Source of the DNA: Octopus bimaculoides
Taxonomy: Eukaryota
Direction of reading: 5' to 3'
Assembly: GCF_001194135.2 (NCBI RefSeq)
Contig: NC_068992.1
Span: forward strand, 45,791,202 to 45,829,634
DNA: 38,433 bases
Below, piece by piece: positions 23,380 to 36,450 of the stretch (position 1 is the stretch's first letter; each line of letters opens with the position of its first letter). The notes below the pieces were generated by a model. It saw nothing but the letters and a program-made list of their open reading frames with translations, did not search any database and was not told the origin of the DNA. The position numbers and the translations under genes are program-made.

Positions 23380-23925
23380 TTTACACACACAAATTCTCAC
23401 ATACATACACACTCGCTTAAACATACGCACATAAATCAGAGATAGATACAAATAGGCAGACACATACACAGAAAACACATATACACATACACAGANNNNN
23501 NNNNNNNNNNNNNNNNNNNNNNNNNNNNNNNNNNNNNNNNNNNNNNNNNNNNNNNNNNNNNNNNNNNNNNNNNNNNNNNNNNNNNNNNNNNNNNNNNNNN
23601 NNNNNNNNNNNNNNNNNNNNNNNNNNNNNNNNNNNNNNNNNNNNNNNNNNCACACAAACACGTAGACATTTACATATATACTCATATAGTCACCAAGATA
23701 GACACAAATACATACATTCACAGAAAACACACATACACACAATCATACTTACAGAGATAGACATACACGGAAAACATACGTACATACATAAATGCGCACA
23801 CTCATAAATACATGCACATAACCACAGATAGACACAAAAAGACACATATATATACTCACACAGAAAGCTTACACATACTCACACAGAAAGCTTACACATA
23901 CTCACACACAACCACACATACAGCT
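23380..23925. repeat. CA-rich degenerate minisatellite with gap; includes a perfect 23-bp tandem (tactcacacagaaagcttacaca) x2 at 23853-23898
   Basis: Recurring acagaaaacacacatatacac-like units; N run at 23496-23650. Confidence 0.75.
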
Positions 23926-24076
23926 TCAGATATTACACTATTGAACAGTTACCATATTTCAACAGCCTACTTTATCTTCTTGTTATTTTACTTCACAAAG
24001 AAATGCCAAAATTATCAGATAAATGCCAAGAATTCAGTTTCAACCAAAACTTCCTTTTTTCTATTCTACTTTGAAG

Positions 24077-24134
24077 TGTCTGATCAAATTTTTTACTGTT
24101 CAATAACCAAAGGAATATTGTCCCTAGAAGAGAA
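24077..24134 (+). CDS. Candidate internal exon (SDQIFYCSITKGILSLEE)
   Basis: Pyrimidine-rich acceptor ...tttctattctactttgaAG and donor AA|GTAAGA. 58 nt, single open frame, phase 1 to 2. Confidence 0.35.
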
Positions 24135-25189
24135 GTAAGAATTCTGCCAGAGTCACCAACAATCTGTAGTTCTTAATTGTATCAGCTTATTGCAATAGGT
24201 TCTCTTTTATACACTCATCTAATCGAATCAATAAGTCTCAGACCACTTAAAGATGTCTTGTTAACTGTGGCAACAATACAAATTGTAGGTGACATTCAAC
24301 AAGCTATTCGTGCCTCTTCCAGGAATTAATGTATAGAATACTTTGTAATTAGTCTCAGAATATAAGGAGTTTAGCATATTTGGTTGCCCAATAAGTACTA
24401 AAAAATTCGATGGCTCCTTCAAGAAATCACACTGTGTCCTTGTATGCATGTTGTGTTGTGTGTCTGTATGTGTCTATGTGTGTTTATATATATCTGAAGC
24501 TCATAATTTGTGTGTGTGAAAAGAAAGGTTTCATAGTGAATTTGAGAGTGAAGGGAGAATGTTGTACTAACGCATGCAATTGTGAAAGTGAGATAGAGAA
24601 GTTCCATGGCAATGGACAAATATTTATGATGTTTTTCAGGTTACCCAAGATTAAGTATGTTGATTTGGGTGACCCTGACCTGAACAATGGGGATCAATCA
24701 GTCTCTGTTGTGTAAAACATGGCTAAGGAGGAAATTCAAGTGGGACATTGTTTTCAGAAAGAAATACTGATGAAAGTAATTAGTGCATTAACTGGAAATA
24801 GAGATGTAGTAAGAGTGAGAAGACAATAGAGAGAGTTATTTTTAAAATAAATAATGAGAAGAATAAAAAACAACCCTTATGAAATAGTAGTTGTAGTAAT
24901 TAGTTATTTGATAACCAAACACCTCATTTGGATATGATCTGGAATATTTGAAAACTAATGTCTGTTGCAAACATTAGGGTCAGTTCTCCATTGTGAAGAT
25001 AAATACATTGCTTCATATTTAGCAACAATCCGTTTGTTGTAGTTAGTTTCTTCATTATTTCTTCCATTTCCCATGAGAAATATAAAACACTGTCATCCTA
25101 GATATGTAAAAATATACTATTGAAAGTCCTTCTTGATCTTCATTCGTAGTAGATAACTAACTGAATAGGGTTGAATTATTTACTAATTT

Positions 25190-25873
25190 CAGAAAGTTAC
25201 ACTCTGCTCATCATTGAAGAGTAGACTTGTTATTGAACCTTTCCTAAGAAGAATCATTGCACGTGATGAAAAGTGGGCTCTCTATAATTACATCTAGTAA
25301 AAACAATAACGGAAAACACCCAATAGAAAAAGGAATCCATCTCCAAACCAGGACTACACCAGAAAAAAGTTATGCTCTGAGTTTGGCCAAATATCCAAAG
25401 CATCATCTATTATGAAGTTTTGTACCAAGATGAAATGTGTAAAAGTATTGTCATTTGAAGGCATTGCATAAAAATTTGCAGAAAAAGTGACCATCATTGA
25501 TGAGTTGTAAAAGGATGTTACTCTTACATGATAATGCAATACCACATATTGCTCCAAGTCACTCTGGGGAAGATTATGGCACTAACTGTGGAAGTTTCAC
25601 TCTTTCTCTATCATATTTTCATATCATTGTGACATTCAGTAGAAGGAAAACAGTTTATTAATTGTGAAGACATAAAAATGATATTGTGTGTGTTTTTGCT
25701 TTGAAGCCAGAAGAACTTAACACCTGAGTGATCGGCAATTTACCAAATAGATGGGATTATGCTATCAATAATGAGGAGAGATATCATCTTGATTGAATAC
25801 ACCACTTAAGACCAAAGGAGTATTTGTTTCATCTCATCTAGAAATGCAACAGGACTTGCTTTCCAACCTAATA
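25190..25873 (+). mobile_element. Degenerate mariner (D,D34D-type) transposon 3' half with right TIR
   Basis: EPFLRRIIARDEKWALY, KPGLHQKKVML*VWPNIQSIIYYEVL, LLLHDNAIPHIA and IGNLPNRWDYAINN. Ends ...ctttccaacctaa|TA (reverse complement tattaggttggaaag). Confidence 0.9.
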
Positions 25874-26195
25874 TATTAATGCATGAGTGACAAAATTGAT
25901 GAGAAAGAGAAACAGAGAGAGAGAGAGAGAGAAAGAGATTGTCACTTAGTGGGGATACAGCAGAGGTGAAGGGAAACAGAAGTTAACAAGCTAGAAATGA
26001 CATCATGTAATGAAGCAGGGAATTTGAACAGACTTCTTCTTCAATGTGCAGCCAGCAAGAAATAGATCTGTGGATGGAATTCTGGTGTATTGTATAATTT
26101 GGGCTAGGAAGTTTGGGTTAATGAGTGTACAGGGTTGAATAACGAGTTCCAACCAAAGTTTTGAGTAGTTTTCCTTTTTGAAGTTATTTTACCAG

Positions 26196-26198
<3 letters not shown>

Positions 26199-26286
<88 letters not shown>
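26199..26286. repeat. Long (AT)n followed by short (GT)n
   Basis: Uninterrupted AT from 26199 to 26276. Confidence 0.95.
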
Positions 26287-26574
26287 ATATATTTAATTAT
26301 ATGTATTTATTTTATCCTAATTAATAATAATTCGGATAGAATAAATGGGTTAATAGAAACCAGGGTAGCAAAGATCACAAAATAACTGTGGTGTAATTCC
26401 TGTTTGTGAGGCAGAAACTCCTTGATATTTTGGGTATTTGAGTATATATAAATTTAAGGAATGGAGTGAACGCATGTTATAACTGCATACTTTATTCTGA
26501 CATATGTTTCGAAGAATTACAATTTATGCGATCCATAGGAATCGTCAATGTTAAAAATGTAATCTTCTCCTCAG

Positions 26575-26600
26575 GAAAATGTATGGGAACCATCTTAAAC
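26575..26600 (+). CDS. Candidate 26-nt micro-exon (KMYGNHLK)
   Basis: Acceptor cttctcctcAG and donor AAC|GTAAGA. The phase 2 to 1 frame is compatible with the neighbouring candidates. Confidence 0.25.
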
Positions 26601-27154
26601 GTAAGACATTATGACCGAGTATGAGAACTATAGTTGGATAAGGTTATAACGTAATTCATTTGAAAAAACCGTTAGAGATATATATATTCAGGATTAAATG
26701 AAAAGACAACAAATGGAAAATATGACATGCCTATATATATAATTCAAAAAAACATGTAGTAAATAAACAAATGAACATATACTACATACACAAGCGAACA
26801 GAAAACACAGAAGGTCACCAATTCTTCATCAGTTATCGGCCAGAGGGTCAAAAGCAATTTCAGCCATTATCCATAATATCGTTTTTACTCTGGAGGCACT
26901 GACAAGAAAATTGCCAGGAATGGACCAAAACATAACAAAACAAGACAGACTCGATACGAGACCATTAGTGGATGGATGAAGGACTAAACAACAAACTGAA
27001 TAAAGGGTTGGGGTCACATGAGGATAGTAATTAATAATGATAATAAATATACAACAAAAAGCCTTGAGGCTGCAAGACAAAAGTGGGTAACATGAAGGTG
27101 AAGTCAAAACTTTCCTAAAGACCTATAGAGACAGGATAGGTAGAGCGAGGAGCT

Positions 27155-27229
<75 letters not shown>

Positions 27230-27392
27230 ATATGTATATATATATATATATATATAATTGAGATTCAGATGAATTAGGTACTTAAGTTGAAGCACCAAAT
27301 CAATGCAGTATTATCTGTACAACTCAAAGTAATGTGAATATGTTTGTATGTATGTGTGCGTGTGTATCTATCTGTCTATGACTCCCTCTATG

Positions 27393-27428
<36 letters not shown>

Positions 27429-27744
27429 NNNNNNNNNNNNNNNNNNNNNNNNNNNNNNNNNNNNNNNNNNNNNNNNNNNNNNNNNNNNNNNNNNNNNNNN
27501 NNNNNNNNNNNNNNNNNNNNNNNNNNNNNNNNNNNNNNNNNNNNNNNNNNNNNNNNNNNNNNNNNNNNNNNNNNNNNNNNNNNNNNNNNNNNNNNNNNNN
27601 NNNNNNNNNNNNNNNNNNNNNNNNNNNNNNNNNNNNNNNNNNNNNNNNNNNNTATATATGATATAGTGGTTTAAATACAAAAATTTGTATATCTAAACCT
27701 TTATAATTTTATGTGTGTACATGCAATGTCTGATTTTTTTTGTG

Positions 27745-27746
<2 letters not shown>

Positions 27747-27792
<46 letters not shown>
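27747..27792. repeat. (TG)n microsatellite
   Basis: Direct reading. Confidence 0.95.
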
Positions 27793-27795
<3 letters not shown>

Positions 27796-28580
27796 CATGT
27801 ATACATTTTATGTCTATGAAAATATATTGATATGTATATATGATAAACAGTGATATCATCACTGCACAAACAAACAATACAGTATATTTGGAAGCTAAGT
27901 ATTATCTATTTCAGTGAAGTAATGAAGAATACATCTCAATATCTCCTCATAGTTTACTTTATGATTACTATGTTGCTTACATTGAAGACAAGCAACTTGT
28001 TAATCAGTGTTTCCCCACACAATAATTATTGTTTGTGTTAATATTATCTTACAAACTATTTCTCCATCAGTTTTCAATGTTTAACAAATCCCCATAATTA
28101 TATACACCAGAAACTATAGTTGGTGAATACTCTATATATTTATTATTCTCAACTTTACTTCTATACTTGCATTTGTCAATATTGTTGTTGGTATTTATTT
28201 CGTTTATTTTATATGTTGATTTACATTAATTTTGGTTAGTTATTTTATATTATTCATAAATTCTTATAAACCATTATTAAACATATTGAAAGTTTACAAA
28301 CTGAATGTTTACCATATTTTTAAATGTTTGGTTATAATCATATTGTGGTAGAAACATTGTAAATTTACAATGAGAGCAATGATTTCATCTTTGCCCAATT
28401 CTACACTGTATGCAAAACAAATTTAATAGAATGCAATTCCATATTTATGCAATGTGTGCACGTCTTACATACATGTATGTATGCACGTACACACATATTT
28501 GTATACAAGCACTCACACGCACACACTTATACATAAAAATATTCACATACATATATTTATATTCACATATATAAACATAG

Positions 28581-28621
<41 letters not shown>

Positions 28622-28881
28622 AAACTATTTTATAAAATGTTTTAGCATACAGATGACAGAAATCCCTTTAGCTATTAAACTGTATATAGAATTTTTATTT
28701 TTCCTGTTGCTATAAATTTGATTTTTTATTATATTTTTGATATTCATTACTATTTTGTTTTGTTTTGATATAGTACATAATATGTACACATGTAAACATA
28801 TAAGCATACATCCAGACATATATGCATATATGGTTTTCCTTGTATATATGTGAGTGTATGTGTTTGTGTGTGTGTGTATAC

Positions 28882-28884
<3 letters not shown>

Positions 28885-28960
<76 letters not shown>
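28885..28960. repeat. (AG)n(TG)n compound microsatellite
   Basis: Direct reading. Confidence 0.95.
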
Positions 28961-28961
<1 letters not shown>

Positions 28962-29149
28962 TTTGAAAACAGCTAGTTAGTGCAAGTGCTGTCATTTGAA
29001 AATGCTGCATACCAGTTGCTAGGTGTCAGAGGACATTAAGAGGGAATGTGCACTGCTTTGGGACCTTCTTCTCAACTGCTTTACAGTGAACTAGCTACCA
29101 TCAATGAAGCCTCACCTACTGTTTCGGCTAACAATTGTTCAACCTCAAG

Positions 29150-29760
29150 TTCATTTCAAAATCGTCATCTCTCTAGCCAGGCTTCGTCATTTCTTTGCAG
29201 TCACCTGCCTGGGTCACTTTCAAAATGATGTCTGCATGGTGATGCTGGGCAAGAATTGATAGCAGCAACCATCTCAATCTGATCCCAATACAACCCATAC
29301 ATCCAGACTTCTACCGGAAATTGTACTGCACTCCAACCAGCATCTATTTATTGTTCCAGTAGCATCTCATAACAACTGCCTTTCTAAACGTGGGCTTCAT
29401 TTAAATTTTTATGTGAAACTGTAAATTCAACAAGGTACATTATCTTACGTCCCTCACACCATATTGCCATATCCAGTGTCTTCCTTGTTGATATCAGGAG
29501 ATATTCACACACGAAAAGATCTGCTGCTCCTTCCCATACTCCATCCCATTTCTTGTCGTTCACAGTTTTCTTCTGTTTTGGGTAACCATCTTGACCTTGG
29601 CGGACAAATATGATAAACCATTTACAGCCATCCTTCTGTGGCTTCTTGTCATCAATGATTGCTTCCATCAGCTTCTTGGTAGCTCTCTAGATAATTTTTA
29701 CGACTTCATTGTGCTTCCATGTATACCTTTCTCTAGCTTTAATATGCCCACTAACAGCAG
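29150..29760 (-). mobile_element. HERO-like (R2-group, restriction-like endonuclease) LINE C-terminal fragment
   Basis: Minus: ERYTWKHNEVVKII...DLFVCEYLLISTRKTLDMAIWCEGRKIMYLVEFTVSHKNLNEAHV*KGSCYEMLLEQ*IDAGWSAVQFPVEV/GCMGCIG. Compare HERO 'RYxWRHxxVL', 'RPDxVxWS..K..LxELTVPWE...EAHERK..KY', 'PVEVGCRGF'. Confidence 0.85.
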
Positions 29761-30464
29761 ATCTGCACCAATTCTGTGTCATCATCATTGAAACCAATTC
29801 CCATCTAGCTACTTTGAATTGCTACCACTATATCTCGCTGTTCGATGAATGTTATTATATCCTCAGTTTCATTCTGTGCACACCATTTTCATACTGTTGT
29901 GACATCTGGCATATATATATATTGGGCACCATGACCCACTCTAACAAAGAGTTATTATTGTTGGAGACATATTTGAGTGTAGGAGGTTGGTCCAGGATTT
30001 TTTTAAAGAAATTTGTCCAGTGAACTTTTGAATTTTATGAGATCCATTTCCGTTTTGATGTATTTCGGTATAGTATACCAAACTTTACCTCAACTGAGCT
30101 GGACCCTTTGAGGTAAAGTAACTGTGATGTAATGTTGCTGTGTCCTAGGTTTGTGTATATGTGTACAGTATGCATAATGTGGTCGTGTATGGGAGGAAGG
30201 GTGTGGGGTGTGGAGAAATATGTAAAATTATGTAGACCAACAAACCAGAAAATTACTAACACAATTTAATACGAATAACAAACATTATAAAAACTGCCTT
30301 GATAATAAATGACGATTATTACAATAGCTACTAAAACAAAAGGAAAATAGAATATAATTAATATAAATATTAGTAATAGTTAATTAAGTCTTAAGGCAAC
30401 AGATTTGTAAAAGGAAGCAGTTGTTGACTTCTTCGGTTTTAGTGTTTAATTGGTTTTCTTTTAG

Positions 30465-30542
30465 TAATACCAAATCTAACACAAAGTCAGCTCTATTGGA
30501 ATGAGAAAAAGATGAGAAAAATAGCAAAAGAGAACTCTCCAG
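30465..30542 (+). CDS. Candidate internal exon (IPNLTQSQLYWNEKKMRKIAKENSP)
   Basis: Acceptor tttaattggttttcttttAG with branch-like tttaat, donor CAG|GTAGCT. 78 nt, single open frame, phase 1-1, protein-like composition. Confidence 0.4.
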
Positions 30543-32435
30543 GTAGCTAAATGTAGGTAAGGCAAAGTGGGGCCCTCTTTTGTAGCAAAATCTCAAAATA
30601 ATATTATCACAAGCATATTAATAATATTCAGGGAGGGAAAGTTAGAGTTAGGAAGACAACTAATGGTCGTAGAAAAAGCAGCAACAACAACAGCAATGGT
30701 TATGAACTGGAAAGCAACTATGAAAACAAGAACAAGAAAGGTATAAGAAACAGTCGCATCATAAAATACAAGGCATCGAATCAAGGAAGAACATAACAAA
30801 GATGGTAATAAAACTAACAATAACAACATGTGCAATGATAATAAGATGAAGAACAATAGCCACAATAATAATAATGATATCTATTATTGCCACACGTATA
30901 ATGGGTGAGGGAGACATTACAAGGACAAATTAGAAAATAACATAACAATAATCTCAAAGAAAGATATAGCTGTACTGTAAGAAAAGAAATCAAATCAAGA
31001 GTAGAAATATTTTCCTGCGGCAAATCTTTGTAACAGCTTGCTCATTCTCAATGCTGGCTTAGAACAATTTAGTTTTTTGATACAAAGAAATTTTTAATAT
31101 CAGAAGTTTTCTGGAAGCAAGTAGGGATTCTGAAATAACCTTTCTGCTTCACCCGACAATATTATAAAGTAAATCCCAAATAAGAAAGCATTCACTCAAT
31201 ACACTGGTAAAGGTTTCTTACCTTTATTTCTACCGCCTCTGGCTACTCATTAAACATCTGCTGTGAAAGTGGTTTATATTGCTAAAATGTTAACAGATTA
31301 ACGGATATTATATTATGTATTTCTATATTGTGTGTTGTATAATAATAATAATAATGATGATTATAACAATACTGATAATGATAATGCTTTTGGAATGTAA
31401 TACTTGAGGAAGTGATGGGTAGTGCTGCTAATATAAAATCCACCACAAATGCAAAAACAATGTTGCTTCTATATGTACATGTTATCAATGAAACATACCC
31501 CAATGTAATGCTGCAACCAGAACATTGAAACAGCAATGAAGGCCATAGAGTGGAACATAGGAAATCTGGCAACTGAAGTGATCACTTGTATTAAGCAATT
31601 AAGCTGCTGTGTAAAAACAAAAAGTGTTATGCGATACTAATTGACAAATTTAAAACTAACATTTTACAATTGTTTCCTGTCCCACATTGCAGGTCTATCT
31701 CTGTCTGTCTGTCTCTCTCCCTCCTTCCCTCTCTCTCTCTCCCCCCATTTCCTTTTGTAATTGAATTTAGAAACATAAGATAAAAGTTTAGCACAAACAT
31801 GCTCAACACACATATTTCTTTTTCTTAGTATTAAGCTAATACTGTATTTGTTACACGCTATCCCTTCTGTCTGTCGTCTCTTTTTCTGTTGTTCATTGTA
31901 TTTACACTATATATAGTGTATGCATATAGGTAGATATATTGAAATAGATAAATATAAATGATGTATACAACATAATATATACACAAATGTAGAACAGTGC
32001 CAGCTGGAATATTTTGTCTTAGAAAAGCTTTTCAAAGAAACTTGTGCACAAAAAAGCACATAGCTCTCTCTCAGATTGTCATTGTCAGATCCTCAGACGC
32101 TGGTGTTTCCAACTGATTTGGTCTCAACAGAAAATATTCATTGATTTTTGTGAAAGCTAGCCAGGGTAAAATTATATTCTTGTATGCATTTGATGATCTA
32201 TTGATGATAATCTGTGCAAGCTCTATGCTTTTTAACATACAAAACTCTTCAAGAAGTTTCCGAGACAAAATATTAGTACTAGTACTGTTCTATGTTGTAT
32301 AATGTTTTATACATTGTTATTTCTACTTATATAGCATACTTAAAGTATACACATTATTGATGGGCCAGTTGGTGTAGTATTTACCCTGAAATAATATTTC
32401 TTATAGACTACTTGTGTAAAAAACACAATAGATAT

Positions 32436-32439
<4 letters not shown>

Positions 32440-32472
<33 letters not shown>
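32440..32472. repeat. (AG)n microsatellite
   Basis: Direct reading. Confidence 0.9.
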
Positions 32473-32474
<2 letters not shown>

Positions 32475-33658
32475 GTCTAGACGAAAATTTGCCTCAGCAG
32501 TGGCCAGTGAGATTATCAAATGCATTTTAGAATTTTGAGGGTTTTGAAATGCATCTCAGGACAAATACTGCCGTAACTGACCTATCAACAGTATGTATAC
32601 ATTAAGCATGCCATATACAATGGGTAACTCAGAGTAAGTGGAAACGTTCCTCTGTAGGTCAAGCCTGTTGTAGTTTAGGCTAGAAGCCACTTGATGCGAC
32701 CCTCAGGCATCAGTCTGCCAACTGGCATGATTGAGTGTGTGTGAGAAATACGTGCATAGGGCTATAATCCAAGCTGTGTCGTCTTGAAGCTCAACTGCTT
32801 ATTCCAGTACTCCAAATATTCATGCAGATATTATATTTGTGTGAGTTATGCATAAGAGCTTAAGAGCTGAAAATTCTGGAAAATATCTTTTGCAGAGTAA
32901 TTACATATCAAAACAGAAGTTGGAAACAATTTTGTCATTATTCATTCACCATTAAACGTGTTTCATTTGATAATAGTCACAAAACTGTACATATATGAAA
33001 ACCATATAAAACATCTATTCGAAATTCATCAGACAGAGAATCAAATAATGTTATTTGATTTTATTCTTTCTCTGTTTGAAGAATTTCTAATGGAAGATGT
33101 CTTATGTGTTTCTCCTACATGTACAATTTTCTAATTCTTATTAGCAAGTGAAATACATGTAATGGTGAATAAATAATGCCAACATCCCCCCNNNNNNNNN
33201 NAATCTCTTGTTTTGATGCACATAGATAAACAGTTAGCCAGATAAACCCTTCCTAATTTTATTACATGCCTATTTGTAAACTAATGGGAAATTTGTTATA
33301 CAAACATATTGAGAAACATCAGATAAGGAAGAGAAAATTAAATGCATGTCATCATCACCATCGGACATCTGTTTTATATGTAAATAGTTACTATTATTCA
33401 AGCAGTTATTTCTGAAGGCATACTTTTATTAATGATATTCATAAACTTTCATTTAGTCTCTAATTGCGTGTATAGAATTTCATTTCTGCTTTGGAATCTG
33501 TGGTAAATTCATAGGTTTTCTGTTTTAGAAAAGTATTTATATATATATTTTTCCAACATATTTCATAAAATTTTCATCACTGGTGTATCTATATCTACTC
33601 AGATTTGCCTGTTACTTTTGATTGCCCATTGTATGTATAAACAGCAATTATGTTTTCT

Positions 33659-33669
33659 CCCCCCCCCCC

Positions 33670-33721
<52 letters not shown>

Positions 33722-33738
33722 TAGATAGATAGATAGAT
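33659..33738. repeat. poly-C / (TA)n / (GATA)n compound repeat
   Basis: Direct reading. Confidence 0.9.
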
Positions 33739-33870
33739 GTATATACACATATGTACAAACACTCACACACATAACTTCATAGTGGAAGATGGACAAACAT
33801 CTGTATGTATATATGTTATATATATATACACATACATATATATACATAATTTTTCTTCTGGTTTTGTTAG

Positions 33871-33953
33871 AATTCCTCTCTCTATGCTACATTATTAAGC
33901 ATGAGCAATTCATTTTTCATCAAGTTCCATATATTTCTGGAAAGGCTCTTCAA
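33871..33953 (+). CDS. Candidate internal exon (FLSLCYIIKHEQFIFHQVPYISGKALQ)
   Basis: Acceptor tttttcttctggttttgttAG and donor CAA|GTAATT. 83 nt, phase 1 to 0. A second frame is also open, so the reading is ambiguous. Confidence 0.25.
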
Positions 33954-34407
33954 GTAATTAAACCAACCATGAAAACAGAAAACGGATAACCCCAAAATAA
34001 TTAAAATATATTATCTTTTCTTTGAAGTTTTGTCTTTCCAATAGAAAGGGTTATTTTTTCCCTCACCAGGATTTATTTTCCCTTCTCCTCTCTACATATA
34101 TTCATGAATAAAGAACCCCATCTATTATTTGGGTCTTTAAAAGGAATTTAAATATGCTAAAGTAGAGTGTATTGTATTGGTGAGGGTACTTGTGGGAGGG
34201 GATGTTATACTTAGTCTTTGAAAGGTAGGAATCCATTGTCAGAAGAAGTTCATGTGCCGTGAAGATAAGAGACGTTCCACATTTCGGACATGGCTTTAGT
34301 TTTGGAAAGGAACTGATGTAAATATATGTTGGATGTTGCAACTTTACAAATGTAACAAAAGCTTGTGGATACCAACATTAGTAGGATACCTGGCCTCACA
34401 CACAAAC

Positions 34408-35056
34408 CATCATCGTTATCATCATCAACATTTAGTGTCCATATTCCATAGCGGTATGTGAAAGATGGTTTGACAGGATCTGGCTTCATCAGACTCCAAT
34501 GTTTGAAAAATTTTCTGCAGCTGAATTCTCTTCCTAATAGCAACAACATTAAAACGTGTACTGGGTGCTTTTTATGCAGCTCCAGCATGAGTGAGGTAAC
34601 CAAGTAACTTGTAGAACAAGACCCCTTAACAGAGTTGGACATATAGTACTGAGCGAGGTGGTTTACTTTTATTGAGACATGAGAGATTATAGAGGGATAG
34701 GAACAGGTGTCTTGTTGTAGATAACCTACATGGCTACTCCAGATGGAACAGGAGAAAGGAAAGGGGAGAAGAGGTGTCAGGGCGTACCCTCAAGGTACAA
34801 GAATGTGGATTAAGAGAGAATAAGGACAGACAATGGCTGGATGGGTGGGCTTTTAAGAGGTGTTAGAGACAAGGATAGAAATGCATGCAGGGAATGGTGA
34901 ACATGGATGAAGGTGTGGACAACGGTGAATCTCACTTTACCTAATTTCACTCACAAGGTATGGGTCAAAACTAGAGAATACTTATGGCAGAAGCTTCAAA
35001 GCTGAGGCCAAATGATTGTAATAGAAACTTCTTAACCATTCAACCATACTGTGCCT
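34408..35056 (-). mobile_element. Degenerate composite SINE: family-B tRNA head, purine/pyrimidine-biased middle, RTE-type tail
   Basis: Reversed head at about 34935-35056 (tttacctaatttcactcacaagg...cttaaccattcaaccatactgtgcc). Reversed RTE tail at 34408-34620 (catcatc...aacatttagtgtccatattccat...gaattctcttcctaatagcaac). Confidence 0.7.
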
Positions 35057-35109
35057 TGCTCACATGCAAACAACCCCTCATAAAAGAACAGTAGTATATT
35101 GAAGTATAC

Positions 35110-35340
35110 AAGTGAAATCGTAGTCATGGATGGTGCCGGTGTCACGTAACTGACGCCTGTGCTAGCGATATGTAAAAACCACTCTTGGAGTGGTTGGCAT
35201 TAGAAGAGGCATCCAGCCATAGAAACCATACCAAGTCAGATTGGAACCTGGTGAAACCCTCCAGCTTACCAGTTTCATTCAAACCATGTAATCATGCCAG
35301 CATGGAAAGCAGATGCTAAATGATGATGATGATGATGATG
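35110..35340 (+). mobile_element. RTE-type 3' UTR / tail element with (GAT)n end
   Basis: ggagtggttggcattagaagaggcatccagccatagaaacc...atgccagcatggaaagcagatgctaaatgatgatgat. Confidence 0.85.
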
Positions 35341-36269
35341 AAAACTAAATACATTGAAGATAGTGACTTTCTTTACCATTCTAATTCATTCCTTGATACT
35401 CAGAATGCCAACACTGTTATTCTAGTTAGCTAGAAACAGTAGGAATCTAATCACTCTAATTGCTTATCTTTAAAATTTTCTTCACTTTTTCCAAAGATGC
35501 CTTCTTTGTATTTTCTTATTTCATTGTTATTTTTCTTTATCATTTTCCTTTTTTTTTCATAAGTTCCCATTTTGCTGGGTTTCCATTCTTCAATTCTAAG
35601 ACTTCTCTGAGGGGTTCATTAATCGACAACATTGCTTTTAGTAATTACTGTACCACCAATACCACTCCACCACTACCTTGATCAGTAACAGCTCCAACCT
35701 CTCTGTACTGCAGTAGAATATGTTTCATTTCCGTTCTAATCTTCTATAGAAACCTCATTAATCTATGTTATGCATACGTTGTGTTGCATCTTGTTAGATT
35801 AACCCTAATTGAATTGACTACCATTGCTGTTTATTGCATCTTCTCTACATACCAACACCTCACAGAAATGCATTCCGTTCAGTGTAACTATGGCCATCTG
35901 TTACAACTAATTTATCTGAGTCACAATCAAAATGTGGAATTAATATTTATTTATTTATGTGTTTCAGCCAAGTGGCTGCGGTCATGCTGGTGCACCACCG
36001 TGGAGAATTATTAAACAGAATTAAAAGTTTATTTCACATAAAATAAATTAAAATTTCTGCTTGCAACCAGAAAATTAATTGAATATTATTAAAGCAAAAG
36101 TCTTTCCTTATATGTCTTTCTGTCTTTCTCTCTCTCAGTATATATAATCATCATTATCAACCATGTCTGGTTATGGGGAAGCTCTACCTTGCTTAGAAAT
36201 CGGGGAAAAACAACAATAAGGGCATCCTGCTGTTGAAAATCTGTCCCAATAAACTCTTGTACTAGGGTG

Positions 36270-36395
36270 AAGTTCTTTGTTTTGCCATGGTTTCTGTACC
36301 TGGATGCACTTCCTAACACAAACAACTTTATAGAGTGTACGATGTGCTTTTTATGTGACTCCAGCATGGGTACTTTTCATGCATCACTGGCATGT
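36270..36395 (-). mobile_element. Degenerate RTE-tail fragment, reverse orientation
   Basis: catggtttctgtacctggatgcacttcctaacacaaacaacttt...gcttttta is the reverse complement of the tail motif. Confidence 0.65.
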
Positions 36396-36409
36396 GCAGA
36401 TACATACAT

Positions 36410-36448
<39 letters not shown>

Positions 36449-36450
36449 CA

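Noticed and set aside
24641-24715. + acceptor followed by LPKIKYVDLGDPDLNNGDQSVSVV*
   Set aside because: Could be a terminal or micro-exon but is unsupported and conflicts with the downstream exon chain.
32071-32268. 65-aa minus ORF (SRKLLEEFCMLKSIELAQ...)
   Set aside because: No good splice sites or recognisable domain; length is achievable by chance.
34229-34320. Motif look-alikes: KLKPCPKCG (minus, IBR/zinc ribbon-like) and EDKRRSTFRTW (plus, BIR-like)
   Set aside because: Isolated short matches lacking the remaining conserved Cys/His residues; weak splice sites.
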